This document shows, piece by piece, positions 1 to 9,070 of a DNA stretch of 24,769 nucleotides. This DNA is from a virus (Duplodnaviria; Caudoviricetes). A model generated the notes under the pieces. The model did not search any database. It saw only the letters and a program-made list of their open reading frames with translations, and had not been told where the DNA came from. Numbering within the stretch: the stretch's first letter is position 1; the number at the start of each line of letters is the position of its first letter. The translations under genes and the position numbers were made by a program. The DNA lies in IMG/VR virus record IMGVR_UViG_3300025288_000108, positions 1 through 24,769 of that record; one strand, given 5' to 3'.

Positions 1-656
1 TCCATGGTCTGAACGCTCATGAATGCCTTTACAGGGTTGATCCCGTAGCGCCTCATGGCGATCATGGAGCCGACCATGTCCGCGATAGGTGTGGCGTTGG
101 CGGCGGTAGCCCACGTGCCCCCAGTCGTCCAGCCGGGCGAAGACGTCACATCCTTCATGTACTTGGTCGGGATGTTGGGGTTGTAGGTATAGTTGACACC
201 ATACCGTGCCTCGGAATACTGCCCGTTGATGAGTATCTTCGCCGTGAGGTACTCGATGAGGTTGTTGAGCCTCAGATCAAGCAGGTTCAGAGCGCTTGTA
301 ACGAGATTGACGCCCATGCGCTCCCTCGGGTTGGCCGGGTTCACGGCTTCCTGAAGCACTTCTTCGCCGAACTGAACTGCCTCTCTCCAGTGGCCGGCGG
401 TGTGTTCTTTGTAGCTGTTGCCGGGTATGGAAATGAGCTTGTGGTTCGAGTCGAGACTGACCGGATTCGTCCTGCCGAAAGCGCCGTTGTTGATAAGGTC
501 CAGTAGCTTGGACTTATCGACGAGCTTGAACGGTAGGAAGGCGTCCGTGAGAAGAAAAGCGTTAGGGTCCGGGACGAACTCGTTTATTACGACGTCCATT
601 ACCGGCTCCTTAAAAATGTCCAGCTCTTTGAGTCTGAGCAGCTCCTGTCCAGTCAT
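1..656 (-). CDS. Major capsid protein, lambda gpE-like (partial, runs off the left edge)
   Basis: Not in the ORF track. My translation from ATG at 656 (GGAGGT RBS upstream) is open to base 1: MTGQELLRLKELDIFKEPVMDVVINEFVPDP...LDLRLNNLIEYLTAKILINGQY...GTWATAANATPIADM. It follows portal, S49 protease and decoration genes as in lambda B-C-D-E order. Confidence 0.85.
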   Translation of the reverse strand, partial: MTGQELLRLKELDIFKEPVMDVVINEFVPDPNAFLLTDAFLPFKLVDKSKLLDLINNGAFGRTNPVSLDSNHKLISIPGNSYKEHTAGHWREAVQFGEEVLQEAVNPANPRERMGVNLVTSALNLLDLRLNNLIEYLTAKILINGQYSEARYGVNYTYNPNIPTKYMKDVTSSPGWTTGGTWATAANATPIADMVGSMIAMRRYGINPVKAFMSVQTM

Positions 657-682
657 GCTTACCTCCAGTTTTTTTTGGCAAT

Positions 683-714
683 AAAAAACCCTGGAGCCCT
701 AAAAGGCCCAGGGT
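683..714 (-). terminator. Intrinsic terminator-like hairpin before the capsid gene
   Basis: Minus strand ACCCTGG-GCC-TTTTAG-GGC-T-CCAGGGT followed by TTTTT. Confidence 0.6.
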
Positions 715-737
715 ATAGGTTTATGCTCTATCAACGC

Positions 738-1358
738 CTACTGAACGTCAACGAGCTGTATGTTCTGGTTATCCGCCTGGACGAAATACGTTCTGTTCTC
801 GACGGCGCCCTTCACGAACGACCCGTTGATGAAGCCGGCAGCGGATATGTCATCGACTCCGTCACACTCGATATCTTCCAGTACGACTACGACGTTGGCG
901 GAAAGCTGAGCGCCGTCAGCCACCACAAGAAGGTCGGTAGCCACGGGTGGGGTGGTCCAGACCTCTCCGGTAAAGGTGAGCAGTGTCTCACCGGCGCCGC
1001 CGGAGCCCGCCGCGCCTATGATATCCAGGGTCTTCGTCTCTGCGGACATCGCGCCGGCTGACACATCATAGAAGGTTATGAGGTCGCCCACCTTGAACTT
1101 CACCGCATCAGCGTCCGGGATATCGACCGTGGCATTTGTAACGTTGGTGGGGTTGGCTATCACGGCGTTGTTCATAAACGGAACGGCCTTGTACGGAGAA
1201 GCGGTCCTCCTCGCAAAAAGCGAGGGCCCCGTTATAGTGCTGTCCCTTCTTACGCCGTCAATGGTGATAGGGATAGATTTCCCCCTTTCGCCGATCATGC
1301 ACTCCACGCCACCCTGGTTGGTGTATACGTGGGAAGTCTTCGGGAATTTCTGGCTCAT
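738..1358 (-). CDS. Head decoration / capsid-stabilising protein (gpD position)
   Basis: 206 aa, AAGGAGG RBS, rich in Gly/Ala/Thr/Val, lies between protease/scaffold and capsid genes. Function inferred from synteny. Confidence 0.6.
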   Translation of the reverse strand: MSQKFPKTSHVYTNQGGVECMIGERGKSIPITIDGVRRDSTITGPSLFARRTASPYKAVPFMNNAVIANPTNVTNATVDIPDADAVKFKVGDLITFYDVSAGAMSAETKTLDIIGAAGSGGAGETLLTFTGEVWTTPPVATDLLVVADGAQLSANVVVVLEDIECDGVDDISAAGFINGSFVKGAVENRTYFVQADNQNIQLVDVQ

Positions 1359-1379
1359 ATTTGGATCCTCCTTTAAATT

Positions 1380-1404
1380 AAAAAGCCCTCGGCAAACGAG
1401 GGCT
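1380..1404 (-). terminator. Intrinsic terminator-like hairpin after the protease/scaffold gene
   Basis: Minus strand AGCCCTCG-TTTGC-CGAGGGCT-TTTT: perfect 8-bp stem plus U tract. Confidence 0.65.
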
Positions 1405-1443
1405 CAACTTTTCCCGCGCATGGCGGGTAAGATAGGTTATGTG

Positions 1444-1974
1444 TTACTTGGCGTCAGATCTGATCTTACCCATGACCTCACGGGCGACCTTCTGGCCATA
1501 CTCTATAAGAGCGTCATCACCAGTGGCGTCACCCTTGCCGGCCCCGGTCCCGAGTGAACTGGCGTTGCCTCCGGATATGTCCTTCTCCCAGTCCTTGACT
1601 TCGGCTTCGAAGGCAGTAGAGAAAGCCTTGAAGGACTCACTCCCCTCCTCGAACTTCTCGTCCTCTTTGACAAAGCCGCGAAAGTCCACCTGCTTTTTGA
1701 CTTTCCCGTGCAGGCGATCAGGCAAGCTCGAAGAAGCGAGTATGTGGTCCATTTCCCTGTCGGCGGCGGCGCTCACAAGCCTCTCCTCCGCCAGAGCGTT
1801 CTTCTTTTCCAGATCCTTGTTCGAGGCCTCAAGCTCGCTCACCTTGAGGTTTAACGAGTTGCTCACGGCTACCAAGCCCGAATACTCCTCGCTCGCCTTA
1901 AAAGCCTCGACACCCTCCTGCTTGGCAGCCTGATAGAGCTCAGGATAGGTGGTCTTGAATTCGTTTAAGTCCAT
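1444..1974 (-). CDS. Nested in-frame scaffolding protein (lambda Nu3-like), 176 aa
   Basis: In-frame ATG at 1974 (MDLNEFKTTYPELY...) preceded by AAGGAGGG at suitable spacing; product is acidic and coiled-coil-like. Confidence 0.7.
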   Translation of the reverse strand: MDLNEFKTTYPELYQAAKQEGVEAFKASEEYSGLVAVSNSLNLKVSELEASNKDLEKKNALAEERLVSAAADREMDHILASSSLPDRLHGKVKKQVDFRGFVKEDEKFEEGSESFKAFSTAFEAEVKDWEKDISGGNASSLGTGAGKGDATGDDALIEYGQKVAREVMGKIRSDAK

Positions 1975-3108
1975 AACATTACCCTCCTTGACAGTTTGTT
2001 TGTTTGATTTTCTAATAAAATACCAGTTTTGGAAATGAGCGTCGAAGTCTTGGCCAAAAACCTCCTTGGCTTCTGCCAAGTAAGCGGCCTCATCCCATTC
2101 CGTGCTCAATTCCATCTCTTCTCTGCGAGACCGCAACCCGCTTTTTACCTCATCTGAATCCTCCTTGCCAGTCTTTGCCCCATGTGCTGATCCCCATGCC
2201 GAGATCACTTCCCGCAGCGATTTGCCGTCTGCCCTGCCCGACATCTTCCCGCTGCGCTTAAGTGCAACATTAAAATCCCCAAGCTTGTCGATTAGGCCGG
2301 CATCAAGGGCATCGCTGCCGATGAATATCCTACCCTCGGCCATATCTTTGAGGACCTTTTTAACGCCTACCCCCCTGTTTCTCGCAACATCCTCCACGAA
2401 CAACGTGTAATACTTATCCACGAATCCCTGGAGGTACTCCTTATCCTCGCTGGAGAGAGGAGCGGCCTCATGGCCAGCAACCTTGTATTTGCCGGCGTAG
2501 ACATAGGTCTTTTTCACCCCCTGGTCTTCGTAGAGCTTGGAAACATCCATATGGGACATCCACACGCCTATGCTGCCGGCGCGGGCGGTCTCCGGGGCTA
2601 TTATCTTATCCGCCGCCGAAGCTATCCAGTAAGCAGCGCTGAGGGCGTCACCATCCACGTAAGCGACTATGGGCTTCCTGCCCCTCGATGCGTAAATGAA
2701 ATCCGAAAGCTCCTTCGTGCCATCCACGGAACCTCCGGGGCTGTCTATATTCAAGACCAAGCCGCTCACTGCCGGGTCAGAGAGCGCTTCCGCGATAACC
2801 TTCTGTATCCGCTCAGTAGATTCCCCTCCGAATATCATGTGCCAAAAACTCGCTCTCTTATCAAGAGGGCCTACCACAGGAATGATCGCTTTGCCATCCT
2901 CGACACGGTATGCCTTCTTCCCAGCGACATCCATGCCACCTGACGGCAGGGCGGCCCTCAACTGGGCCAAATTCACGATGTCGCCCTCACAATGGGCCAG
3001 TACCCTCTGCATCGACTCCAGCACTTCAGGCTGGATAGCCCATGCCTTCCCCTGAATGAACCCTATGAGCTGGGCTTTATTTACGTTGGCTATGTCTCCA
3101 AGATTCAC
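1444..3108 (-). CDS. S49 (SppA/lambda gpC-type) prohead maturation protease with C-terminal scaffold region
   Basis: S49 motifs LNIDSPGGSVDG, ALSAAYWIASAADKI, AGSIGV, YAGKYK, FVEDVARNRG, ALDAGLIDKLG, followed by a charged helical C-terminal region. Confidence 0.92.
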   Translation of the reverse strand: MNLGDIANVNKAQLIGFIQGKAWAIQPEVLESMQRVLAHCEGDIVNLAQLRAALPSGGMDVAGKKAYRVEDGKAIIPVVGPLDKRASFWHMIFGGESTERIQKVIAEALSDPAVSGLVLNIDSPGGSVDGTKELSDFIYASRGRKPIVAYVDGDALSAAYWIASAADKIIAPETARAGSIGVWMSHMDVSKLYEDQGVKKTYVYAGKYKVAGHEAAPLSSEDKEYLQGFVDKYYTLFVEDVARNRGVGVKKVLKDMAEGRIFIGSDALDAGLIDKLGDFNVALKRSGKMSGRADGKSLREVISAWGSAHGAKTGKEDSDEVKSGLRSRREEMELSTEWDEAAYLAEAKEVFGQDFDAHFQNWYFIRKSNKQTVKEGNVMDLNEFKTTYPELYQAAKQEGVEAFKASEEYSGLVAVSNSLNLKVSELEASNKDLEKKNALAEERLVSAAADREMDHILASSSLPDRLHGKVKKQVDFRGFVKEDEKFEEGSESFKAFSTAFEAEVKDWEKDISGGNASSLGTGAGKGDATGDDALIEYGQKVAREVMGKIRSDAK

Positions 3109-4757
3109 AGTTTTTCCTCCGGGTTTTTGTCGTCCTGTGTGCCGTTACCGGCCTCTTCCTGCTTGTTGGCCGGGGGCGCCGTGCCCTTCTCGTTTAAGAC
3201 GGCATCCCGGACCCCGTACTTTCTCTCCTCGAGCGCCCTGTCAGCGCGTTGCTTCGAGAGATCCCCCACGCCCATTTTTTCAGCTATCTTTTTATCGCTT
3301 ATGCCAATGGCCCTGAGACCCGAGTGCTTGCTGCCAAGATATGCGCCGGCCTTGCCCTCCAGCTTCTCCTCGAAGGATATCTCCGGGAAGGTGATCTCAA
3401 CAAGCTCTATTGGCTCCACATCAATAGTAACAAACTGGGGTTTCCCTCTTATGAAATCAGAGATCTCTTCTTTTTTAAAAGTAGGGGGGAAGCTACCGAC
3501 CGCAGAACTCACAAAGAAACAGGCGCGGAGGACCTCAAAAAGTATGAAGTTGCGATGCTTGTACTGGGTGTTTTTGATTTCAACCTCAAGCGGCGATCTT
3601 GATGCTCTCAACGAGGCATAAGTAGATCCAGACGCCTGCCCCTGGAAAAGGTCCTGCGGGCTCTTCATCCCTGAGCCAGCCACATTCATCAGGTCCTGGT
3701 TCTCCCCTTCAAGCTTTGCAAGCTGAGGGGACTTTACCTCGAAGGTCATGCCTGGAAGCAAAAAGATAGTCGAGCCAGGCGTAAGGGCTCCAGTAAGCCC
3801 TGTGGACTTACGCTCCGCATCAGACAGGGACTTCCATAAGCTATAGGCTATCCTGCCCTGTGGTGAATCTTCAAAACCCACCACGTTGGTGTAAGCGCAC
3901 TGCGCTTTCTTATGATCAAGCTGCCACTTAATGGCGCTCCAGTAAAGGTGTATGGCCTCGAGTACGGTTGATATGACAGAAAGATCTCTCCTGTATTCAA
4001 GTATCCCGGTCAAGTTCTTCCAATGCAGGACGAACCTGCGGAAGCCCCCGATGGTCTTAAACCTCCCCCCGGGGACACGGGATCTTATTGTCTTCTCATC
4101 ACTGTAACCCTCAACCTGCTTGGCCACTTTGAGAAGCTCGGGATTGAAAGCTATGTTTATGTCAGGTATCAGCTCACTATTCTGCTTGTCGTAGAAGTGC
4201 TCATAAAAAAGCGTCTGGGTGCTGTCATCAGGATTGGTAAGGAGCCCGTCTTTCTTCGTGCCCTTCCCCATTCTCTCAGGCTCCAAAAGCCTTAATGTGG
4301 CTTTCCCTTCTTCGTCAAAAGCAAGCAATACGAACAGCTCACCTTCCGCAAGCATTCTGATTGTCCAGCCGGTAAGAGTGGAGTAGAGTTTGTTCCGATA
4401 GGAGTAGAAAAGATCTTTAAGCCAAAGATTGACCTCGAGATTCGGAGAGTACACGCCGAAACCGTGGCCCACTGTGTAATCGGCCTTAGAATTAACGGCG
4501 GCGCTTATTGGCCCAAAGGTCCTATAAAGTTCCCAGCACTTCCTCTGAAGCTCCCTCCAATTGGGAGACTGCCCCTTCCCGTCCTTCGATGTTGCTCCTA
4601 AAATCTCGGCAAGGGGGTCATCGGCGAAATAAACTTTAGCAGTATCGTACCCGCCCTGCCAATGGCTCGCAGAACGAAACTGTGTAAAGGTAGGATCCGT
4701 CTTGCATATGGTATCCCACTGAGCTTTTGAAAAAAGTTCGTCAGGTTTGTAGTCCAA
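3105..4757 (-). CDS. Portal protein
   Basis: 550 aa, TTG start with GGGGGA RBS; lies between terminase and protease and overlaps the protease start (ATGA/GTGA-type overlap); portal-like segments (AAVNSKADYTVGHG, LAEGELFV, STYASLRAS). Confidence 0.8.
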   Translation of the reverse strand: MDYKPDELFSKAQWDTICKTDPTFTQFRSASHWQGGYDTAKVYFADDPLAEILGATSKDGKGQSPNWRELQRKCWELYRTFGPISAAVNSKADYTVGHGFGVYSPNLEVNLWLKDLFYSYRNKLYSTLTGWTIRMLAEGELFVLLAFDEEGKATLRLLEPERMGKGTKKDGLLTNPDDSTQTLFYEHFYDKQNSELIPDINIAFNPELLKVAKQVEGYSDEKTIRSRVPGGRFKTIGGFRRFVLHWKNLTGILEYRRDLSVISTVLEAIHLYWSAIKWQLDHKKAQCAYTNVVGFEDSPQGRIAYSLWKSLSDAERKSTGLTGALTPGSTIFLLPGMTFEVKSPQLAKLEGENQDLMNVAGSGMKSPQDLFQGQASGSTYASLRASRSPLEVEIKNTQYKHRNFILFEVLRACFFVSSAVGSFPPTFKKEEISDFIRGKPQFVTIDVEPIELVEITFPEISFEEKLEGKAGAYLGSKHSGLRAIGISDKKIAEKMGVGDLSKQRADRALEERKYGVRDAVLNEKGTAPPANKQEEAGNGTQDDKNPEEKL

Positions 4758-4885
4758 TGTTTCCCCCTATATATTAAAGCTGAGCATTTTTGGCACTCTC
4801 GCTGTTCCCAGCCTGCGCTGCGTCTATAAAAATATCTTTTAATTTAAATAGTTGTAGGATTTATGGCGCTTCCGCATGAAGGAAC

Positions 4886-5191
4886 TCAAAAACACTCGGC
4901 GTAAAACCAGCGCGGGGGTGAAACAGTCTCAAGCCAGTATCTGCTACCAGAGGGCGGCATGTACCTCGGCCGCACATCTTTATGGAGGTCCACACGTTCG
5001 TTATAGTTGCATTTTCTGGTAGGGCAATAGAAGTAAAAATAGTCGTCATTCCACAACATCTTGGCTCTACATCTCGGACAGTTCATCTTTTTGTTTGCAG
5101 AGATCCTATCAATAATCTCTCCCTGGTTCCGGTACATCCTCGCAATCCTGAAAAGACGCCAATGTTCCCTTAGTTCGCTGGATGATGACAT
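4886..5191 (-). CDS. Hypothetical Cys-rich (zinc-ribbon-like) protein; start uncertain
   Basis: CPRC...CPTRKC motif; as drawn it overlaps the upstream ORF by 83 bp, so the true start may be further downstream. Confidence 0.4.
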   Translation of the reverse strand: MSSSSELREHWRLFRIARMYRNQGEIIDRISANKKMNCPRCRAKMLWNDDYFYFYCPTRKCNYNERVDLHKDVRPRYMPPSGSRYWLETVSPPRWFYAECF

Positions 5192-5522
5192 TCGCCCTCC
5201 TGTTTCCGATTTTAAATAATTTGCAAATATCGTTTTTGGTTGCGCCGAAGTAATTCATGAGTATGAAAATGGCAGCGGCTTGCAGATCGTCCAGCGCTTG
5301 AAGCGGACGAAGAGTGTCATAAAGACTTACCAGCCGCGCATCTTTATCCGGTATCCGGGAGATGTAGAATCCATCTGAGCCTTCCTCCAGGTGCTCTCTT
5401 GGCTCCTCTGTAAACACCAGATAGGTATCCTCGCCATCCGGTGCGCCGGCCGCCTGCTCCAGTTCCCCACAAAGTGTTTGGCATTTGTCCCGCTTACTAC
5501 ATTCCAAACAAGTTTTTGTCAT
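5109..5522 (-). CDS. Putative transcription regulator: N-terminal Cys4 cluster plus C-terminal sigma-region-4-like HTH
   Basis: CLECSKRDKCQTLC at the N-terminus; LDDLQAAAIFILMNYFGATKNDICKLFKIGNRRANVIIQR resembles an HTH; TGATG coupling with the terminase stop. Confidence 0.55.
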   Translation of the reverse strand: MTKTCLECSKRDKCQTLCGELEQAAGAPDGEDTYLVFTEEPREHLEEGSDGFYISRIPDKDARLVSLYDTLRPLQALDDLQAAAIFILMNYFGATKNDICKLFKIGNRRANVIIQRTKGTLASFQDCEDVPEPGRDY

Positions 5523-8500
5523 CAGTGGTAGTCCCCCACGACATCACTGTTTACGATAGCCGCTATTATGCCTGATCCCCCTCCTCTATGTGCCGGGACC
5601 AAATCCTCGCCATGAGTGGCATAGATCGCCCACGCCACCGAATATACAGTATCGTCCTGGACTCCACTCTTTTTGTTTTTCTCTGGAGAGCCGAAGGTTC
5701 CAGTCTTCTCTGTTACCCCGGGGATATAATTAAACATGTCGAGCTCTTCCATAAAGACATCTTCCTTGTTTGTGAAGCCTCTATAAAGCTTCCCGTCTTC
5801 ATCCGTATAGTAAGGCACCGGCGGGCATTTAAGATACCCGTTGTCAACGATGTTGCTCATGGTAAAAAATACTGGTTTCTGCTTCTGAAAGGATGGCGTG
5901 CAAAATTCCGCTGCGAGGGCCTTGTCAGATACCCAATCATAGAAATCCTGGCTCGAATAGGTCTCTACCGCTACCTTGTCAATCCACCCGTATTCTCGAG
6001 ACCACTCAAGAAATTTCTCCGCAAGGACCGGCAAGGTAGACTCTGTTGGGATAAAGATATCCAACACGAAGTACAAGCTCGTTTCTGCGGAAAGGGCGCC
6101 ACGAGCCACACAGCTCATAACTGTTCTGCCGTAATGCTTACTGTGTCTCTGGGCCCTGTCCAACCCTACGCCTATCACAAAATTGCACCCGTATACCTTC
6201 CCTATCTTTTCAAGGGCTTCTCTGGTAGCAGGCATCTTGTAAAGCCTCACCACCGGATAAAGGCGCTGCTCTATGGCAGCTATCTCCCTATTTATCGCTA
6301 AGAGATCAACCTTCCCCTTGACATAACTATTTCGCGTTATCTCAAGCTCCCGAATTTGCTTGACGGCGTTTGTAAGCTCCGGAGTAGGCACCCCTGGGGC
6401 GCCATCAAGCCCACACACGCTCATCTCTCTCACCTTCTCGGTTGGGAACAAAGACCCTGCCGCATCCTCCCACCGATTACGGAAATACATGCTGAACAAT
6501 ATCTCGGGCATGTTCTGCCGAAAATGGTTTAGCTCCTCAATGGTCATCTCCGGGTTGTAGTGCTTATCTGCGTAATGGTGAAAGAATATCTTCGGGTCCT
6601 CTCCCTTGGTATATGTCTGCCAAAGGTTGTGGACGAGATGCCCCGGCCTGGCGACCGTGGTGTCCACAAGCACCATGGCGTTCGGAACGTTCCTGAGCGA
6701 TGTCCAGAGGTCGTAGAAAAACTTGGTATCCTGAAGGTTATGGAGCTCTGTGAACACGGCTCGCGTGGTGCCAGGGAGGAGGCCGACCGAGGTTGGAACA
6801 GCCTGCATGTAGCTGAACATCTCTTTAGGGCCTGTCTTGAGGGCTATGTGCTTCTCTTTTATCTCAAGGCCTGGCGTCTTCCGTAATTTCGGAGTGTGCT
6901 GGACTATACCCTTGCAGAGATCATAGTGCGTAAACTTCGACTGATCCCTGGTGTTGCCGGCGAGGGTGATCGTCTCGGAATAGCCGTTAAAAAAGAAGAA
7001 GAGGGTGAGGACACATACGAGGAGAGTATTGTGGGTGACAGTAAAATCCTCAAGGAGAAAAAGATGATCGCCATCGAGGACAAACCCATAATATTCACCC
7101 ATGCCCTTCGACTCAATGTTCTTGATACCAGACCAAAGTATGTTCTTGTTGTGCTTGCGAGGAGCACATTTTTTTCTGGAGATTAAGTTGGGGATGATTG
7201 AGCAGTCCCCAGAAATGCCGAGACAGTAATAAGTACCCACGAACCCGGTTGACTTAATACCTTTCTGCGTCTCTTTGATCTCGGCGTGGAAGCCAAGAGA
7301 CCTGGCGATAAACGCGATATCATCCACGAGTTGCCGAGACTTCATGGTAAACTGAATGGAGTTACGATTCCGGTAGCCGTCTGAATCTATGAGCCCTGCT
7401 AACAACCGAAGCCTTACCTCCCGAGAAGTAGTTTTATATTCAAAAGGGATGTGTTTGTTATGTAGCACCCCATATTTGCGCAACAGTTCCTTAACGGGAT
7501 TTGGGCACCCCCTATGATTACCCTTCCTCCCATTGCCATTTGAAAGGAGATACACTGACGACTTATTATTGGGCTGAGCCTTCTTGATTAGCCTCAAATT
7601 GAAACTTTTTGCAACTCCCGCGAGATACCTCACGACCTCCTTGTCTGCCGTAGTGACACTGGGCTCCTTCGACGTGCCATCTCCCAACCATAACCCCAAA
7701 AAATAAGGGTCAAGGTCAACCAGCTTCTCCACCCAGTCAATAGGCACCCTATAAAGCATACAGCGGCCCCTAAAGTCCACTCCCTGCTTCAGGTAGTCAT
7801 CGAGGTGCATCCTAATGTCGTGAATCTCCTGCCGCCTTATCTTCTTTCCATTCTTAAACCCGGCATAGACCTCTTTCCTGTATTTAAGGGCCAAGATATG
7901 TGACCGGTTGCAGATGAAAGGTTCACCACGCATGGGAGTCACCTCGAACATTTCTTCCTCTCCACGGCCAAGCGCAAGAACTTTACGCGGAGTTGAGTCC
8001 GGCCCCATCAGTAAATCGCCGACCTTAACATCTTCTACTTTCACCATCTTGCCGGAAAAACTCAACACTTTCGAGGACTTAGCCAGACTCTTCCCTTCCC
8101 CCCTGGGCCAGCACAAAATCCCGATCTTGTGCGTAAAATCCCCCTTCTTATCCACCTCCAGTATTCCCTTGACCGCCTCTTTCTGGACGGACCATAACTT
8201 ATATGGCACCCACTTCCTGAGCCTCTTATTCTCAACCATGAGCCCAACCTCTTCGAGCCAGCCAAAGAAGCCCTCTGCGTCAAAGGGGTAGATGTTTGCA
8301 CGGTCGTAGTTGAAATACATCCCGTCAAGCGCCTTCACACCCTCCGTAGCGCCTATTAAGATGTCATCGGGTGTCCCCCCATCCTCGGACCTTTCCCATT
8401 CGCCTTGCAGGAACCTGACGACATCTCTGCGGGTGTATATGTCCCCTGCGCCAATCCTGACACCACCACTGAGATGCTTGTACTCCTCCGGAGCCTTCCG

Positions 8501-9070
8501 GCCGACCAACCCCCACTTCTTCCAATCCCGATGGAATATCGGCTGTGTTATGCCGAAGATCTTCAACAGCTCCGCAGCTGTAAACGTCATTCTCTCCGGC
8601 GGGGCGTTTTCGATGAATTTAGGGAGGTATTTGTCTCGAAGATTTTTCTTCCTCTTGGCCTCCAAGTCTGTGGCGACCTTTGCGGGAGCTTTTTTCTTCT
8701 GCCGGTATTTACCTTTTGGAGTGGGGGCTGTGGGGAGATTATCTTGATCAGTGGTAGGGTGTTGATCGAGAGGGACATCAAGAACGCAGATTCTCTTTAA
8801 CCGGATGTGCCCGTCCGCCCCGAAGGTTTTATGGATAAGCCTCCCGGACTTCATGAGCCATTTAACCCTGCCGGACAGGATCCCATACTTCGCGCCGTAT
8901 TGCTTGAAAGGAAGCCAGCCTTCAGGAATTACAGTTGATTCATCGCCCAAGCCATCTTCCAAGTCAATAGCTTCATCGGCCTGCTGGGCTTCTAATTCTT
9001 CTTCCAAATTTTGAGGGGTATCTTCGTCGAATTCGTCGTCGTGCATAGACAGTGGCTCCTTAGGAGCCAC
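5522..9070 (-). CDS. terL: Terminase large subunit with intein and long N-terminal extension
   Basis: Adenine-binding LWSVQKE, Walker A PRGEGK/T split by an intein, AGNTRDQS, Walker-B-position RAVFTE, RNase H-like nuclease VIGVGLD...VQDDTVYSVAWA; upstream of portal. GTG start has no clear RBS, so the start is uncertain. Confidence 0.9.
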   Translation of the reverse strand: MAPKEPLSMHDDEFDEDTPQNLEEELEAQQADEAIDLEDGLGDESTVIPEGWLPFKQYGAKYGILSGRVKWLMKSGRLIHKTFGADGHIRLKRICVLDVPLDQHPTTDQDNLPTAPTPKGKYRQKKKAPAKVATDLEAKRKKNLRDKYLPKFIENAPPERMTFTAAELLKIFGITQPIFHRDWKKWGLVGRKAPEEYKHLSGGVRIGAGDIYTRRDVVRFLQGEWERSEDGGTPDDILIGATEGVKALDGMYFNYDRANIYPFDAEGFFGWLEEVGLMVENKRLRKWVPYKLWSVQKEAVKGILEVDKKGDFTHKIGILCWPRGEGKSLAKSSKVLSFSGKMVKVEDVKVGDLLMGPDSTPRKVLALGRGEEEMFEVTPMRGEPFICNRSHILALKYRKEVYAGFKNGKKIRRQEIHDIRMHLDDYLKQGVDFRGRCMLYRVPIDWVEKLVDLDPYFLGLWLGDGTSKEPSVTTADKEVVRYLAGVAKSFNLRLIKKAQPNNKSSVYLLSNGNGRKGNHRGCPNPVKELLRKYGVLHNKHIPFEYKTTSREVRLRLLAGLIDSDGYRNRNSIQFTMKSRQLVDDIAFIARSLGFHAEIKETQKGIKSTGFVGTYYCLGISGDCSIIPNLISRKKCAPRKHNKNILWSGIKNIESKGMGEYYGFVLDGDHLFLLEDFTVTHNTLLVCVLTLFFFFNGYSETITLAGNTRDQSKFTHYDLCKGIVQHTPKLRKTPGLEIKEKHIALKTGPKEMFSYMQAVPTSVGLLPGTTRAVFTELHNLQDTKFFYDLWTSLRNVPNAMVLVDTTVARPGHLVHNLWQTYTKGEDPKIFFHHYADKHYNPEMTIEELNHFRQNMPEILFSMYFRNRWEDAAGSLFPTEKVREMSVCGLDGAPGVPTPELTNAVKQIRELEITRNSYVKGKVDLLAINREIAAIEQRLYPVVRLYKMPATREALEKIGKVYGCNFVIGVGLDRAQRHSKHYGRTVMSCVARGALSAETSLYFVLDIFIPTESTLPVLAEKFLEWSREYGWIDKVAVETYSSQDFYDWVSDKALAAEFCTPSFQKQKPVFFTMSNIVDNGYLKCPPVPYYTDEDGKLYRGFTNKEDVFMEELDMFNYIPGVTEKTGTFGSPEKNKKSGVQDDTVYSVAWAIYATHGEDLVPAHRGGGSGIIAAIVNSDVVGDYH
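7028..8089 (-). mobile_element. Intein with LAGLIDADG homing endonuclease (354 aa) in the terminase Walker A motif
   Basis: Starts SLAKSSKVLSFSGKMVKVEDVKVGDLLMGPDSTPRKV; block B CNRSHIL; LAGLIDADG blocks YFLGLWLGDG and LLAGLIDSDG; ends YYGFVLDGDHLFLLEDFTVTHN followed by Thr(+1). Excision restores PRGEGKT. Confidence 0.95.
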
